Shown in pieces: positions 25,377-39,025 of a DNA stretch of 64,000 nt (its first letter is position 1; each line of letters opens with the position of its first letter). Source of the stretch: Diplonema japonicum (taxonomy: Eukaryota > Protista > Euglenozoa: Diplonemea). A program made the position numbers and the translations under genes. Below the pieces are notes generated by a model, which made no database searches, was not told where the DNA came from, and was given only the letters and a program-made list of their open reading frames with translations. The stretch covers positions 248,001 to 312,000 of the forward strand of contig OZ025671.1 of assembly GCA_964019335.1 (NCBI GenBank), written 5' to 3'.

Positions 25377-28300
25377 TTACTGAGAGACCTTTGACGCGCT
25401 TCCAGAAAATGAACAAAACTTAAGCTCAAGATCCCTAGCTTCCGGTGACCGAAGGCACGGTTTGAAACGTGCTTCCTTGAGCATCAGGCTGGCAAGCAAA
25501 TTAGAACCAAGGGACGGTTTATATACAGAAGAGTGCATACACATCACAGCAAGTCCAGTTTCGTCAGACGGACTTCTCGTCAGAATTCGAGCACGGGCCC
25601 GCCACGCGAGGCAGCAATTGGGTGCACCAAGACGGAACGCGGATTTGATCACTTCGGCGTAAAATCGTCGGCTTTCACCTTCGTCTGCCGCTTCGCCTTT
25701 CATAAAATTGTAGGCAAGGGTGAGCGGTGGGAAGAGGGATGCTAAAGTGCGAAAAGCCTCGAAGCACTCAGCGATGACACTGCACAGTTCATCCGTCAAG
25801 TTTGATGAAGAATACTCAGAAGACACTTTTGTTTCAGACCCGGACACAGGAGACCAGCTGCTCTCGTTGTACCCTGCCTGCTTCCGCTGCGATGCAAGGA
25901 GCGCATCAAGAAAAAGCCACAGTATTAACCCTTGGTACGGTGTGGCAACCTTCATCGTATTCTTGACCTGAGCAAAGGTTGCTTGTACGTTGCAAATCCC
26001 ACCGCCCTGTGCCAGATGGCACGCTTTTAAGCAAGCAGCGAGGCCGTGCGTGATGACGTCGTCGCACTCTCCGCCTGCAAAAGGTTTGTCGTCGCTCCAT
26101 GCAACCTTCCCTTCAAAGCCTAACCGGAGGATCCTATTGGTATCCATGAAGTTTAATTCCACATTCGCACACTGCAAGAGACTCTCGTAATAGTCCCACT
26201 TCGGCTGCTCCGTCGTGTCCCGGTCGAACGGTTCACCGATCAACACCCTCAACAGCTTGTGCAGATTCAACGCAAGGGATTTTGTCGACGGCCGCCAGAA
26301 GTCAGCAGGTCCGTATTTCCCCTTCTGCTTATTTCCGTTTTCCATCCACGCTGCGGGCAAGGGGCTCATCGCAGGGCACTCGTTGGTAATCCACTTATCA
26401 AACAACCCGATGCACCCCCATGAACCGCACCCTGCGATTATGGTCAATGGGTAGCTGATATCCCACTCGGTGCACGGCTTCTTACCAAAGACAAGGTCTG
26501 AAGCACGAAACAAACACGACATGTCCAGAATGTGGGATTTAGCGATACATTTGATCTGCTCAAGACGTGATTTTGCGGAGTCGCAATCACATTCCCACAA
26601 GTCCAGTTCCATGTGCAGGAGTTGGTATTGTAATTTGATGGCTGTTCTGACAGATATAGCGGGTTTTCGTGCTGGGAAACAGCACAGGTGCTTCCTTGGG
26701 GGGTGAAACGAAGCTTTTTTAACGGCCAAGCGCTGCATGGCGGTTCTGGCGTTGGTGGTGTTGCCTTGTTCGTTCCAGAAACCAGCAATTCGCAGCTTCC
26801 TGAGGTCGCAAGCTTCGGAAACTTCATCGAATGGGACCCTGATTAATGCCGACAAGCATCCTTGTATGTTCTGCCCCTCCAGCGACCGTTCATAGTGCTC
26901 GTTGAACAGGGTTAAAATCTCGCTCCGCGGCAAAGAGCAGGCTTCGACATGTGCGATAACTTCGTCGTCCGTGTAGTCAGCCATATTATATATCACACGC
27001 ACCACTGCACTATGCAAAAGCTGCTTATCCTTCCCAAGGCAACTGTAATATATTATGTCACGCGCCTGTTGTGAGTTTGATCTTTTTGCTGGTTTACATC
27101 ATACCAAGTTCAGGGCATACGACAGCTTCCCGTTCGTCCTCTTCACCAGGTCACTCCTGACGAGCTTCTCCACCGCCTCAGAAACGATCTTATAGCTTCC
27201 ATATGCATCGAGACACTCCTGCAGTACCTGGTGGGTGCAGCAGGTGATGGCGGATAACATTGACGCCACCAGCCGTTCGTGTCCAGTTAGCAGGTCGAAG
27301 CGCTTCATGACATGTGCCTCGATGGAAGGTACAGTGTGCACGATGAACTCCTGGAAGTAAGACACACGCCTCACGGGAACTACAACTTTGTCCTTGATCT
27401 CTATTAAGGACGCGAATTTCAAAGCGGTCGTGATCTGCATTGCAAACCCAGGCCGTGCATCACTCTTGCAGTAGATGGTGGAGACAAGCGTCGGATCACA
27501 GTTTTGTGAACCAAACACAAAGTTCAGCAACCCTTCAAGGACAGCCTTGCTGAAGCTTTGTAGGACTGATTTGTAAACAACAATCTCGTCGTTCAGTAGA
27601 ACGAGGAAGTCGCTAGCATGCTTTTTTCCCACCTCGACGAACCCCGGCTCCGTGAGGCCATGGTCCGTGCTTATCGAGGACTCAGAGATGTCATGCTGAA
27701 GTGACTGATTCAGCTCTATCCGATTCTGGGGTCTAGTTGCGATGACCGCCTTGCCTCCGTTGTTGAGGTAGTCCAAAATGAAAGAAATAGTGAGCTCGTC
27801 CAGCCACTGTACATCGTCTATGATCAGCAGCGTGCGGTCCCCGTGGAACCTACGCACCCAAGCTCTCAGAACCTGGTTTAGAAGGCTTACCTTGTGTGCT
27901 GATTCCATGTTTTTGTGCTCTTCCGTGGGAGTTGGCAACCCTGGCACCCGTATCACGTAATGCAGCAAAGGGAGATGTTTGCGTAGCTCAGGTACAAAGC
28001 TCATTTCAATGAACTGCACCGACATCGTCTCAGTGAAATGGGTCACCAGGGGTACTACGGCGAAGTACGGTACGAACTGCAATTTTTATTTAAAAAAAAC
28101 AGTGTTGCTTGTCGTTTTCATACCTCCTCAGACTCGGATCCCGCTATCCTGACAGGGTGCAGCCCGTTGTACGTGGCGATGGACTCTGCCACCTCAAGGA
28201 GCATCGATTTCCCCATCTGTGCTTCACCTATGAAGTTGACTATTTTGTGCTGTTCTGTGATAGGACCATGGCAACTCTTCTTGTGCAGGATGCCTTGCAT

Positions 28301-30191
28301 GAACGACATGAGTATCGAAACCTGCGGATCGCTGAGACTCATAAGGAACATACCTCAATGCCCCGCCCGAATATCTTCTGTTTTGTGCCTGGTACTACCT
28401 GTGGTCTCGACTCAGGCGACTCGAGCATACAAGACGAGACCTGCAGTTGTGATGTGTGTCAAGCATGCATACCGAGTTCCCGCTCTTGATTGACATTTTC
28501 AGCTGTTTCGTATCATTCCTGGGGGACGCGAACAGCTTATTTCGTGGGGTGGCGTTCATCGGAAAGCGTGGGCTTTTTCGACTCCCGTCGGACTGCCCCG
28601 ATGAGCGAGAGGACAACCCCCGCGACCCCCGTGAGTTAAGCGAGTCATCGGAGAAAACAGAGTCCGCAGATTGCTTCATTCGCGACCGCTGCAGGCTTTT
28701 AGCTGCCTTGCTGGAAAGGAGGGAAGCTGTTCTCGCGAGGTTGAGACGCTGGAAGGACCCAGAGGAGGCGCTGTCAAGGGAGCCATCGTGTCTGCTGGAG
28801 ACCATTTCATCAGAACTGATTCCCTCCAGCGCAACAAGTGACATCGCTTGGTCAGACGGATCGTACTGTTCTATCTGATACACTGGGATAGCTACGCTGA
28901 CGCCTTTTAAAGACAGCCCTTCGGGTGCCACCGGCGTGAACATAACTCCCAGCCGTTTGCTGCTGGTGCAACTTGCAACCGTCTCTTCATCGATGTAAAT
29001 AACACTCTCCTTGTTGAGTGCGTCCGCCTTGCACATTAATCGCGCTCCTATGTTGACGCCATCGCCCAGTGCCGTGTACTCCCGCCGTGCGGTACACCCT
29101 GTCAGGCCGCAGTACACCTTCGCACGTGAGACACCAATAAAAACACGCCCCGTGAGCTTTGACAGCTTTCCCGACATTTTAATCGAGAACCTCACTGCCC
29201 GGTCAGCAATGTCCTCGTGGGTGTGTAGAGGAAGGCCGAACAAGCACAATATGACCCACCCTTTGTCATCGATAGTGACCTTGTTGAGAACGCCTTCCAC
29301 ACTGGCCAGGGCCTTCTGAACAGCTACCACGACCAATTGCAGCTTTTCAATCGCGGTATCGAGGGGCAGCTCGTTCAGCGAGGAAAGTTTGATGAAGACA
29401 GACGAGATGGTGCGGATCTCGCCGAGTGCCCTTCTCATCAGGCACCAGGCTACTGTATCAAAGGAGAAGCTGCCAATGGCGTTGGTGCTGAGTTGGCTTT
29501 CCACACAATCCCGTCGTCGCATCCTCGGAATGTGGGTAATGCTCTTAAGTAGGAAATATGTGGGGGACACGTCAGCATCTTCTATGGTGTGCTCCAACGT
29601 CAGCTGATCGCGCACTTCTTCAGTTATGACGATCTCTCCCTTACCAGCAAGGTCCAGCCCCCGTGCTGCTTTGTGCACAGCAGTGCCCAGTACGGCATAT
29701 CGCCACTTCCCTAAGGCTGTTGCGCCTCGTCCGCCTAGGATAACGACGGAGAAGCTGCCAAGGGAGATGCCTATGTGGATGTGCATGGTTTCGATGCTGG
29801 GGTCATCGAAGCTGTATTCATGTTTTTGGAGCCTCAGCGCACAGCGTGTTGCCATGTTGATTGAGAAGATGTCCAGACCCTGCCACACAGCCAGCAAGGC
29901 GTCGCCGCTGAACGTCAAGACATCGCCTGAGTTCTGATGTATTATGGTGATCATGTCCGTCAGGTGCTGGTTCAGCATCGCAGACAACACGTCCATGCCT
30001 TCATGCCGAGCCTGCAGCTTCGTTGCCAAACTGGAGAACCCTGAGATGTCGATGAAGAGCATGACACCTGAGCCGTCTTTGCGACCGGCCTTCACTGTGT
30101 CCAACTGGCTGATCTCCCTTCGCACCATTCTGGGAAGTAATGATCGTGCATCTTCCAATGAGATGCCTTCCCAGGAGTTGTCGGACTCCAT
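25377..30191 (-). CDS. Soluble (sAC/ADCY10-like) adenylate cyclase: two class III cyclase domains plus a STAND-type P-loop; introns 28441-28472, 28322-28353, 28077-28123, 27066-27104
   Basis: LFIDISGFS..GDVLTFSGDA, second domain DDKG..CLFGLP..RREYTALGDGVNIGARLM, Walker A GEAQMGKS, Walker B LLIIDDVQWLD; introns join four ORFs in frame. Confidence 0.9.
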
Positions 30192-30287
30192 CGTTCCTAT
30201 GGTTTTGCGTTGTGGTGAAACGTAAATGGCGTAACAAAAACGAAAGAAAGAAAGAAAGAAAGAAAATACTAATAAATACTACATCTA

Positions 30288-30614
30288 CTACAGCGACCCG
30301 CAAGGGGAGCTGGGTACAGTGGTTTTCCGCCGCCCGCCAGTTCCCGCTAGCAGCGGATACACCTCTTGTTCTTCGCCCATGGACCCTCGCATCATCACCC
30401 ATGGGACGAGCAACTTCGAGCTGGGACCCGGTTTTTTTTCCTCTTGCGCAACACAACACCTTTGGCACAAGCCCCTCTCGCACCTTCCACACCACTCCAT
30501 GAGAACTCCCGAAGTGATTGCCTCACACCCATGGCACGGCCCTGTATCTAGTATTCCACCTTCGCACTCTGGAGAGATACGCGTCTTGCACACTACACAC
30601 CTGCGTGCCTCCAT
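30288..30614 (-). other. Small Cys-rich ORF (zinc-finger-like); gene or retroelement relic
   Basis: CVVC...CHGC-x11-CGRC-x4-CQRC. Confidence 0.35.
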
Positions 30615-30766
30615 GGTAGGGCCTGTGATGCCTGGACCGCGGGAAGGTGATTAGGGAAATGGAAAACACTCACATTTAAAAAAAAAAAAAGGTTTTACTA
30701 CTTTTTTTCTTTTTTTCTTCTCTAGGATAAAAATGAACAGGGCAAGGCAAGGACGTAAAAAGGAAA

Positions 30767-33516
30767 TCAGCTCAGCTCGAAACCTGTGTTATGCTGGATC
30801 GCCGTAGAGAGCTTCTCGCGCAGCTGGGGGAGGTTAGCGTATGGGGGAAGCTTTAGGAGGCACATGCACGTGGAGGCTGATGGGAGGCGGTCAGCTTCAC
30901 CACCGAGGTGGATACAGAACTTGGGGTGCAGGTACTTGAACCCTAGCAAGGGAGCACGGTCTACAGAAGTAGCGAATTTCAATAGCTGCCGTTGTTGTTC
31001 GGGGGTGAACTGTTCACGGACGACCTTTTATTGTTAAATATATATTTCTTTTTTATTTCATTTTCTTTTTTTCAACAGACCTTCCAGAACATTCTAATGG
31101 TATTGTGTCCTGCAGAGTAACCCCCACCGTACACGGAATTCTCCTCCCAGTCATCGATGTCCAACGGAGCCGCGTTGTCATGCCCGCACAGCAGCACCTG
31201 AAGCTCTGTGGAGTCGAACATGCGCAGCCAAGAAGGAGAAACAACCTCCTGGAGACCTTCCTTCATGGCTGTGACTTGTTTTGAGATCTGCTGCGTTAGC
31301 TTGAAGTACGACATCATGTGGATGTACCGCATTTTGTTCTCGTCCGTGACCGGTGTGTCAGCCCCTCCAGGGAAGAACTCTATCGTTTTTGTAATCCCAA
31401 CCCGATCCACCGTCACCGCAAAGACCAGCCCGACAGATTCCACCTCGTCAGGCAGCATGGTCTTCAACTGGAGGAGATTTTTATGAAGCTCCGGGTCTAG
31501 CGACGACAAGTCATGCATGCAGTTGCTTCTCTCAAGAAGCGAATTTCTGAAAAACTTCGTCAATGGCAAGTCGATCAGGATCCCTTCATACAGTGCCTTG
31601 CCCAACACTCTTCCGAGAAACCTATACCTCTCTAGATGTCCTTCCCCATACAAATGTTCTTCGTTCGAGGACGGGTTGGGGAACACTTCGTTTGCTTCCG
31701 TCTCCAGGAACAGGCCATGGGCTGGGTTGAAAGCTACCTTCGACAACTCCGCGAGGAACTCCTTGAACACACCGTCGCCGAAACCAGCCTCTTCAACACC
31801 ATCTCGTGAAATGAAGGCGACCCTCGCTTTCATCTTCAGCTCGTCGGGCGTCATTCTTGTGATGGCTCGGAAACCATCTTCAAACACCCTGTCACGTCTG
31901 ATGGTGGCGTTCTGCCCACCGAACCACGCCATGTCCAACCCGAGGGAGTTGATGTCCTGCTCGACTAGCGACCTGAACATCAAAACGCGTGAGTCAAATG
32001 GGATTGTGAAAGGTATGTTTTGCAAGACTAAGAACGTCCTGTAGACAGGGGAGCCCTTGTGGTGGGCCCGCCAGTCGTCGAGGGCGATGCTAGTCGGCCA
32101 TGGGAACGGTGCCTGCACGATCCAGTGCTGGGGTTTGAGGAACTCTTTTCGTCCGTTCCAGTCATGGAGCTTGCGCAGCAGGCTCATCATTTCATCGCGA
32201 ACGAGCACGGAGGATGCTTCATGGAAGATGCTCCTCGTGCCGTGGTTGATCAGCTTCAACGTCACATCTGTAAGGTCTAAGCAGTCTTTAAGCTCGTCAA
32301 TATGAGAGCAGTCCAAGAAATGCCCGCACGCAAGCAGGAACAGGTACAACGGCTTGACCACGTGGTCTTCGTACTTCACCGCCCTTGCGATAGGGCCCAT
32401 GTCCAGTCTGGACCCCACATCCTTCCACAGAGCTCTCAGGAACCCATCCGAGAACGCCAGCACCGTCAATACTGCTGTCTTCGCCTTGTTATCACTGCAC
32501 TTCGATAGCAGAGCTGTGTAAAAGCTGCACACGTGCGACAAGTCACCCTGCTTCGTTGCCGCGCTGATCGCCCGCCGCCCGAAAGACGGCTGCATTATGT
32601 ATAAGGTTTGTATGTTCTTGCTCACCCATGCCGGGCTGGTGTGCTGCAGATACTCCCCAAACAGGTCCACTAATGGCGTCATGAGGGACGGCTCATCAGA
32701 GATGAATGATGGCAACACTCTGCTGAAGCCTTCTAACACACCACCCGCCCACAAACCCTCCTCACAGCACTCCTTGAACATCTGCAGCACGGTTGCTCCA
32801 GAGAGGTCGAAAAGAGTGTCGAAGCCGAGGATCTTGCCTGCGGTGGTGACCTGTTTAGTGTTGCTTGAGACACGAAGGGATCTGCTGAAGATATGGATGA
32901 CAAAGGACTTGAACCCACCGGGAGTGAACGAGGTTCCTTGTTGCAGAACACCTTTGACGACATCCTCTGTTGGGGCGACGAGGTGGCTGAAGACGTTGAG
33001 CGACACACATTTTTCTTGAAGGGCATGGAAGAGGATGCTGTCTGTGAAGCATGTAGGGTTGATGACAACTGCAAGGAGCTCAGGGACATAGAGGCACTCA
33101 AGGGTGGCAGCTGTGATGAGTTTCAAACACCTGTTGAAGTACAGGACAGGATCCACCGTTTTGTGAAGTAACGTGAAGGCAGCTGTATCGCACAGAATGG
33201 CAGCCGCAAGCTCAGGGAGCAATCGAGACCGTGAGGCTGGTGACGCTAATGAAAAATGCCGCAACTTCTCAACTACACTTTCAAGCCTGCCCAACCCGCT
33301 CTCCAGCTTTGCGTCTACGTCGGCTCTGCACCTACACCCTCTGACCCAGCTCTGTATTTTCACACTAGCATCAACATGCACACGAGACTCCTCCCGCTGT
33401 GCCCGCTGCTTTCGTAACGATTCCATTTTCTCTCTGCGGCCCAGGCCGCGCTTGGAGCCCGCCATGCTCACCTTGTGATCCACACCCCTGCCATCGAAAT
33501 GCATGAAGGAGGCCAT
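30767..33516 (-). CDS. UBE3C: HECT E3 ubiquitin ligase, UBE3C/UBE3B-like; intron 31025-31080
   Basis: N-terminal IQ motif (IQSWVRG), [24 protein letters not shown], catalytic [15 protein letters not shown], terminal GFELS. Confidence 0.92.
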
Positions 33517-33737
33517 GGTGCCCTGTTGTGCCTGCTGTGGGATAAAAGGGCAAGGAAAAAAGGAGAGAAAAAGCAAAAAAAAAAAGCAGGAACGAGCAGG
33601 GACCATGCAGGGTTGCCGCACAGCATCAAAAAAGGGTAGTACAACGTGGGATAAAAAGGTTGTTTCGTTTTTTTTTCTTTTTCTTCTTTTCTTTTTTTTT
33701 TTATTTTCCTCTCTCTTTTTTTCCATCGTTCAAAGTC

Positions 33738-34814
33738 TTACTTTTTCCTCAATCGGTATGCACTCTCGTCGCGGCGCGAGCCTGTAGCCGTGGCTGCAGT
33801 GATCCAATCCTTCGTCACGATGTGCCCCTTACCCGACGCAGCCACTTCTTTGTATTTGGGTGTGTTGTAATAAGCACAGACTAAGTGCGTTCCTCCCTGT
33901 CATTGTATATTTGAAGAAACTTTTTTTTTCTTTTTGCGTACCTTCGACCAGTCGTCCGTGCACCTTGCGCCTAGTTTGCAAGCCTCGTCTCGGAGGTTGG
34001 ACCTTTCGGGATTTTTAAACCCGGAGAGGCAGACCTTTATGTTTTATTTTCTTTTTCTCTCATTCTTCGCATACTGTGACGCCCTTGAGAGGGGTTGTGG
34101 ATATTTTAGCAATCTTCTTATCAGAACTATTCTCCTCAGCAGGCCGTTTGGAACCTGACAGTTTTTTAGGAACGAAGACCTTCGGTTTGCTTTGAGCGGG
34201 CTGCGGAGGTTGAAGCTGTGTAGGGATCGCGGTGGCCGGTGCCACTGGGGGCTTCACCTGCTCAACGGCAAGGGGAAGGTGGGGGTTAATAACTATTGGC
34301 CCCTTCTTAGAAGGGGAAGATACTTCCGCTGGGTATGGCACTGGTGAGGGGTCGGAATGCCCTGTAATAGTGTAAGACTGCAAGCCTAGCTCGCAAGGCG
34401 GCTCCCAGTTGTTGAACACTCCTATGAGTATGTAACCGAAAGACAAGGTTTTTTCTTTAGACACCAGGTTTGTCTCTATTGCTTCATTGATCCCAGCCTT
34501 GTGGTCCCACATCGACCGAAGCATTGTCTTGCCCACAACTCTAACAGCATCCTTCCACAGAACCTCCCCTTCCCCTCCCCGTATTTCTATGTGAGACGCA
34601 CCCTTGTTTTTTATCTGAATGCTCTCGATGAAGCTTTTTTTGTTTTTGTTATGGTTTTGTTTTCTTGTTTCTTTGCATACCTTCTCTCTTTCAGCTTCAC
34701 CACCACCACCACTTTATCGCAAATTACGTCGGTTTTCCATTCTCGTCCATCCACAGGGGGCATAATGCTGCATGGTGCTGTCTGGCTTATAGCGCTGTGT
34801 AACAGTACAGGCAT
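33738..34814 (-). CDS. XRCC1: DNA repair protein XRCC1 (N-terminal domain plus BRCT1); introns 34634-34680, 34035-34074, 33897-33941
   Basis: Spliced product VVVVKLKERSFIESIQIKNKGASHIEI (XRCC1-N) and PLKGVTVCLSGFKNPERSNLRDEACKLGARCTDDWSKGGTHLVCAYYNTPKY (XRCC1 BRCT1). Confidence 0.88.
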
Positions 34815-34956
34815 TTTCTTTTTCTTCTTTTTTTTTTACTCCTTCTCCCTTTTTTTTCTCCCTCCCCCTTCTATTAAATATTTTCTTTTTTTTTAAACAA
34901 TTTTTATGTTTTGAAAAGAAAAATTAGATCCCCCCCCCCCCCCCCCCTCCTTCCAG

Positions 34957-36366
34957 CTACCGTCTGGTCTTAAACATCCTCCCGCGAAACGACCTTGTTA
35001 AGTATGCAACCCCTGCTATGCCGCTTGTAACCATCAACAACGTGAGGAAAGCAGCGGCATGAGCGAAATCAGGTTGGGGCTGAGGTTCGTACGAGCGTGT
35101 AGGCTTCGCAGCCACGTGTTCTGCAACAGGGGCGGGGGTGACTCGTATCGAGGTATGTTGGACCACAGCTTGTCTTTGTTCATCGTCTGGATCGTGTGCG
35201 GGTTCTTGCCCGACACCCTGCGGCTTAAACTTCGCCATGATATACGAGATGCTGGACTGCGCTTCCAACGGTGTGAATGCCTTCTGCGACAGGTCAGCAG
35301 GGTGTTTGAATGGCGGCTGAAAGACGTCCCCAACCACCTTAGCGGACAGCATACGCTCGACAACCTTCTGATCATACACCCCGACACCTTTATACGCGGT
35401 GAGAAGTTTCGTATACGCAGACATAGGCCTTTCCAAGGCTGTTTGCAGTTGAGGCTTGCTTCTAAAATACACCCTGCTGGGTACCCTACCGAAGCCGACG
35501 AGTTCTATCCTGTCGAGGAACAGGTTGACGTATGCAAACGCATTGATGTTGGTCTCGATCATTCCCTGCAGGGTGATCATGTGTTTGCCGGTTTCAGGGT
35601 TGTGGTAGTAGTCACCGCTGTGCTTGTGGCCGTGGAAGACAGCCAGGATGTTGCTGTACTTGAGCAGAGTGTGTCGTATAGGGTTCGTGGCCAGACCAAT
35701 TGGAATATGCGCGAAGACTATCACGTCTTGCTTTGCGGTGCTTGCCTGTTGTAGCTGTTCGTCGAGCCACTTCACCTGAGCGTCTTTTAAAGCACTGCTT
35801 CCTGCAGTTGGAGGCAGTGTCATACTGTCCAGCACAATGAATCTAAACGGATCGTACGAAAAGGCGTAGTAGAAGGTGTCTGATTTGAGCTTCCATTGCT
35901 TGAGAAGCCATGAAATTTGCGTCTTGTTACGGAGCTTTGCAGGCTCGCCGAAACGGTCATTCTCCCCCCTGAGGTCGTGGTTCCCCATCACATTGTGGTG
36001 CGGGTGGGGAAGCTTGTCCCACACGTCCAGCACCAGCGGCATGTTGACCATCATGTCCATGTCGCAGAGGTCGCCCAGGTCAACCGAGAATGTGATGCCT
36101 GGTATTCTGCTCAGAACGTCCACGCTCTCTTTAAGCTTTTTCATGACCCCGCCGTGTTTCCGCCCCTTTGAGCTCGCAGCTAGCTTCACCTCTTTCTTCC
36201 AACAAGCCAAGTCGCACCACCACGGCTGCCGATGCTTCACATTCGCGTGTGGGTCTGCTATCAACCCGAATGTTAACAAAGGTACCGGCCAGCCAGATCC
36301 CTCGAGCCCGCCCTTTAAGGGAGCCTCGCAGAGGGCGATCAAGAGGATGAGGGAGAGGATGGGCAT
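34957..36366 (-). CDS. Calcineurin-like metallophosphoesterase with a signal peptide and a C-terminal TM helix
   Basis: DPH, LGDLCD, GNHD, FAH, GHKH motifs. Confidence 0.9.
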   Translation of the reverse strand: MPILSLILLIALCEAPLKGGLEGSGWPVPLLTFGLIADPHANVKHRQPWWCDLACWKKEVKLAASSKGRKHGGVMKKLKESVDVLSRIPGITFSVDLGDLCDMDMMVNMPLVLDVWDKLPHPHHNVMGNHDLRGENDRFGEPAKLRNKTQISWLLKQWKLKSDTFYYAFSYDPFRFIVLDSMTLPPTAGSSALKDAQVKWLDEQLQQASTAKQDVIVFAHIPIGLATNPIRHTLLKYSNILAVFHGHKHSGDYYHNPETGKHMITLQGMIETNINAFAYVNLFLDRIELVGFGRVPSRVYFRSKPQLQTALERPMSAYTKLLTAYKGVGVYDQKVVERMLSAKVVGDVFQPPFKHPADLSQKAFTPLEAQSSISYIMAKFKPQGVGQEPAHDPDDEQRQAVVQHTSIRVTPAPVAEHVAAKPTRSYEPQPQPDFAHAAAFLTLLMVTSGIAGVAYLTRSFRGRMFKTRR

Positions 36367-36481
36367 TTCTCTTTCTCCCCACCCTTCCCCCGCCCCCTTT
36401 TGAAAATTTAGCGGGGGAACTGAAAAAAAAAGAGGAAAAAAAAAGGAAATTACAACCTACAAAAAAAAAGGGGGGGGGGGG

Positions 36482-37192
36482 CTAGAGTTGGATATGGGGA
36501 GCAAGATGGGAGAGGAAGGTTTGCGCCTTCAATGTGTCACGGGATATGGCGTCAATCGAGTTTTGTAAGTCGTCGGCTTTAGCGGTGAGGAGGTGTTGTT
36601 CCGAAGCAGCTGCGGTGAGGGCCTCTGTGCGGTCGTTGAGCTGCTGGGAGACTACCTGCAGCTCCTGTGTGAGCTTTGCGATTTGGTCTTGTAGCTGGAC
36701 TTCTTCCTGACGGAGGTACGCGGCTACCTTTTCATCGACAACCTGTTGTTGTTTAAGTTCCTCCATGTCGTTGCTGGCAGCGTCCTTCTCCCCTTGCAAG
36801 ACACCGCACCGGGCCTCTGCCATTGAGTACATCCGCAGGTACTCCCTGACCTGGTCTTTTTTACTGTCATCCCGTATTTCCTGAAGTGCTCTCTCTATTT
36901 CGGGTGAGAACTCTGTACCCGCACTGCCCTTCCCACCGGCTTCTGTGCTGTATGTCTCTATGATTGATTTCAACGACCTGTTAACGACGGTGCTTTGTAT
37001 ACTCTCTCTGCAAAAGGGGCAGGCTGCGGATTTGGATTTTTGATGCTTCTCCAAACATCTTGAGCAGAATGTGTGCCCGCACGGTACCAATGTGAGTGGG
37101 GTGTACGTTGGGTGGAGCATCAATTCCATACATATCGGGCATCTGTGACTATCTGCCCCTTTTTGCAAAAGGTTTCCATTTTCAGTGCTCAT
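36482..37192 (-). CDS. RING-finger E3 ligase with a coiled coil
   Basis: [21 protein letters not shown]. Confidence 0.9.
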   Translation of the reverse strand: MSTENGNLLQKGADSHRCPICMELMLHPTYTPLTLVPCGHTFCSRCLEKHQKSKSAACPFCRESIQSTVVNRSLKSIIETYSTEAGGKGSAGTEFSPEIERALQEIRDDSKKDQVREYLRMYSMAEARCGVLQGEKDAASNDMEELKQQQVVDEKVAAYLRQEEVQLQDQIAKLTQELQVVSQQLNDRTEALTAAASEQHLLTAKADDLQNSIDAISRDTLKAQTFLSHLAPHIQL

Positions 37193-38013
37193 TTACTTCT
37201 GTAAAAGAGATCTTGAACGTTGACGGGGAAAAAAAAAAGAAAAGAAAATAGGGTTTGTGGGTACTCGGAAAGGAAAAATCAGAAAGGAGAAAACAGGGAA
37301 AGGAAGATAAAAATGGAGGGCGAGAAAGGGAGAAGAAAAAAAAAATCAGGAGATTGCAAAAGAGTGGGGAGGCGGTGGTGTGCCCCCAGCCTTCTTATAA
37401 CATTTTTTTTTTTTTTTTTTTTTTTTTTTTGTATTATACTTTCCAGGCAAGCGATAAAAAGAAAAAAAAAAAATACATGTAACAAGGATTATGGCACACC
37501 CAGGAGGGAAAGGGGAAACAGAAAATGCATCGACCCCTTCCCACCGTCCCCTCCTAACACCCCACCACTCTACTTAGGAGAAGACAGAGAAAAAAAAATA
37601 GTTTAAATAAACTCCAGTCACCGCTCCTATCCAACCGCTTCTGGGTGGATACAGAGGGGGGGACTCACACTGGGGGGGGGGGGGGGTATTCTTTTTTATT
37701 TCTTCGTTATTGCTTTTTGTTATTCTTTTCTCCCTTGTCTAAAGAAAATCTTCTTGAAAAAAAAAAAAAAAAGCCCACCCGCAAGAATGAAAAAGAACGT
37801 AAACAAAACACGGTAAAAAAAAAAAAGAACGTTTTTTTTTTATTTCTTACAAAAAAAAAAAATCTCTTCCATTTTTCTATTTCTACGACCTAGATGCGGA
37901 GAAACCAAACTTGTGGTTCCCACCCGCGAAGCCCCAAGTGGCCACGGTGGTGAGGGTTTCCTGTTTTTTTTTCTTTTTTTTTTCCCACATTTTTTTTTTT
38001 TAATTTCCCCCGT

Positions 38014-39025
38014 TCAAACCTTCTTGCTCTCACCAAGCTTGCTGTTGAGAATGAATGACACAGAGGTCTCGGGCTCCTTGTTGAGTTTGTCAACCTTGGC
38101 CTTGATGGTGAGGTCGTGCTTCTTGGCAACAACGGCACCACCGTAGTTGTCAAGTTTGCTGTCCTTGAGGTCAAGGAGGTGGCCGAGCTTCCAGCAGTAC
38201 CCAAAGAGGTTGAGGGGAACACCGAACAGAGAGCACGACTTGACGGTGTTCTTGTTGACGTTGTACTTCACGGAGAGCTGAGCAGGGACGCTCAGCACAC
38301 CCACGGCAAGCTCTGCAGCGGGCTTAGGTGCCGTCAGGTTGTCGGCAGCGACCTTCACGCCCAGCTGGAGCTTGGCGTCGCTGACCTTGGTCTGGTACGC
38401 AGCGTGCACATCACCAGAGTGCTTCATCTCGGGCACAAGGTAGCTCTTCACAACAGCACCTGCAGTGACACCAGTAGCAACAACACCCTTGGCGGCTGCC
38501 TCAAGGAACACCTTCTCACCCTTTTCTTGCTTACCAGTGAGGGTCCAGGGCCCCTTGGTCACCTCGATGCAAGGGGTCACAGTCTGCTTGGCGACCTCGG
38601 CGGTGGCCTCGGCACTGGATTTCATGTGAATTTAAAAAAAAAAAAAAAAAAAAAAAAGTGCATACTCAGCGCCCTCAATGGGAAGAGCCCACTTGTACAC
38701 AAACTTCGAGGCGAACCCGTTGTCCCACTTGCCGAGGAAGCCAACCTGGCCCGTAGGGATCTTGACCTTGTCCTGTATTTTTTTTTTTTTTTTTTTTTGT
38801 TACAAATATTTATCTTTCAAAAAAATTCTCGCAGCTTTTTTTTTTTTTTTTTTTTTTTTTGCTCGTGCGAACAAAGACACATAGTCATAAATAATTATAT
38901 TTTTTTTGTGGTGGGGTTTCTTCTTTTTAAAAAGGGGGAAATACCTCGAGCTTCACGCTGTCGTTGAAGTCCTTGCTGAACACATTGTTGGTGTCCTTCG
39001 CAATGTCGCCGAACTTGACGCTCAT
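38014..39025 (-). CDS. VDAC: Mitochondrial porin (VDAC-like); introns 38773-38944, 38615-38665
   Basis: N-terminal helix MSVKFGDIAKDTNNVFSKDFN followed by amphipathic beta-strands; ~260 aa after splicing. Confidence 0.75.

Noticed and set aside
34564-34601. Extra GT-AG intron in XRCC1
   Set aside because: Removing it causes a frameshift and stop; the unspliced frame gives the XRCC1-like NKGASHIEI motif.
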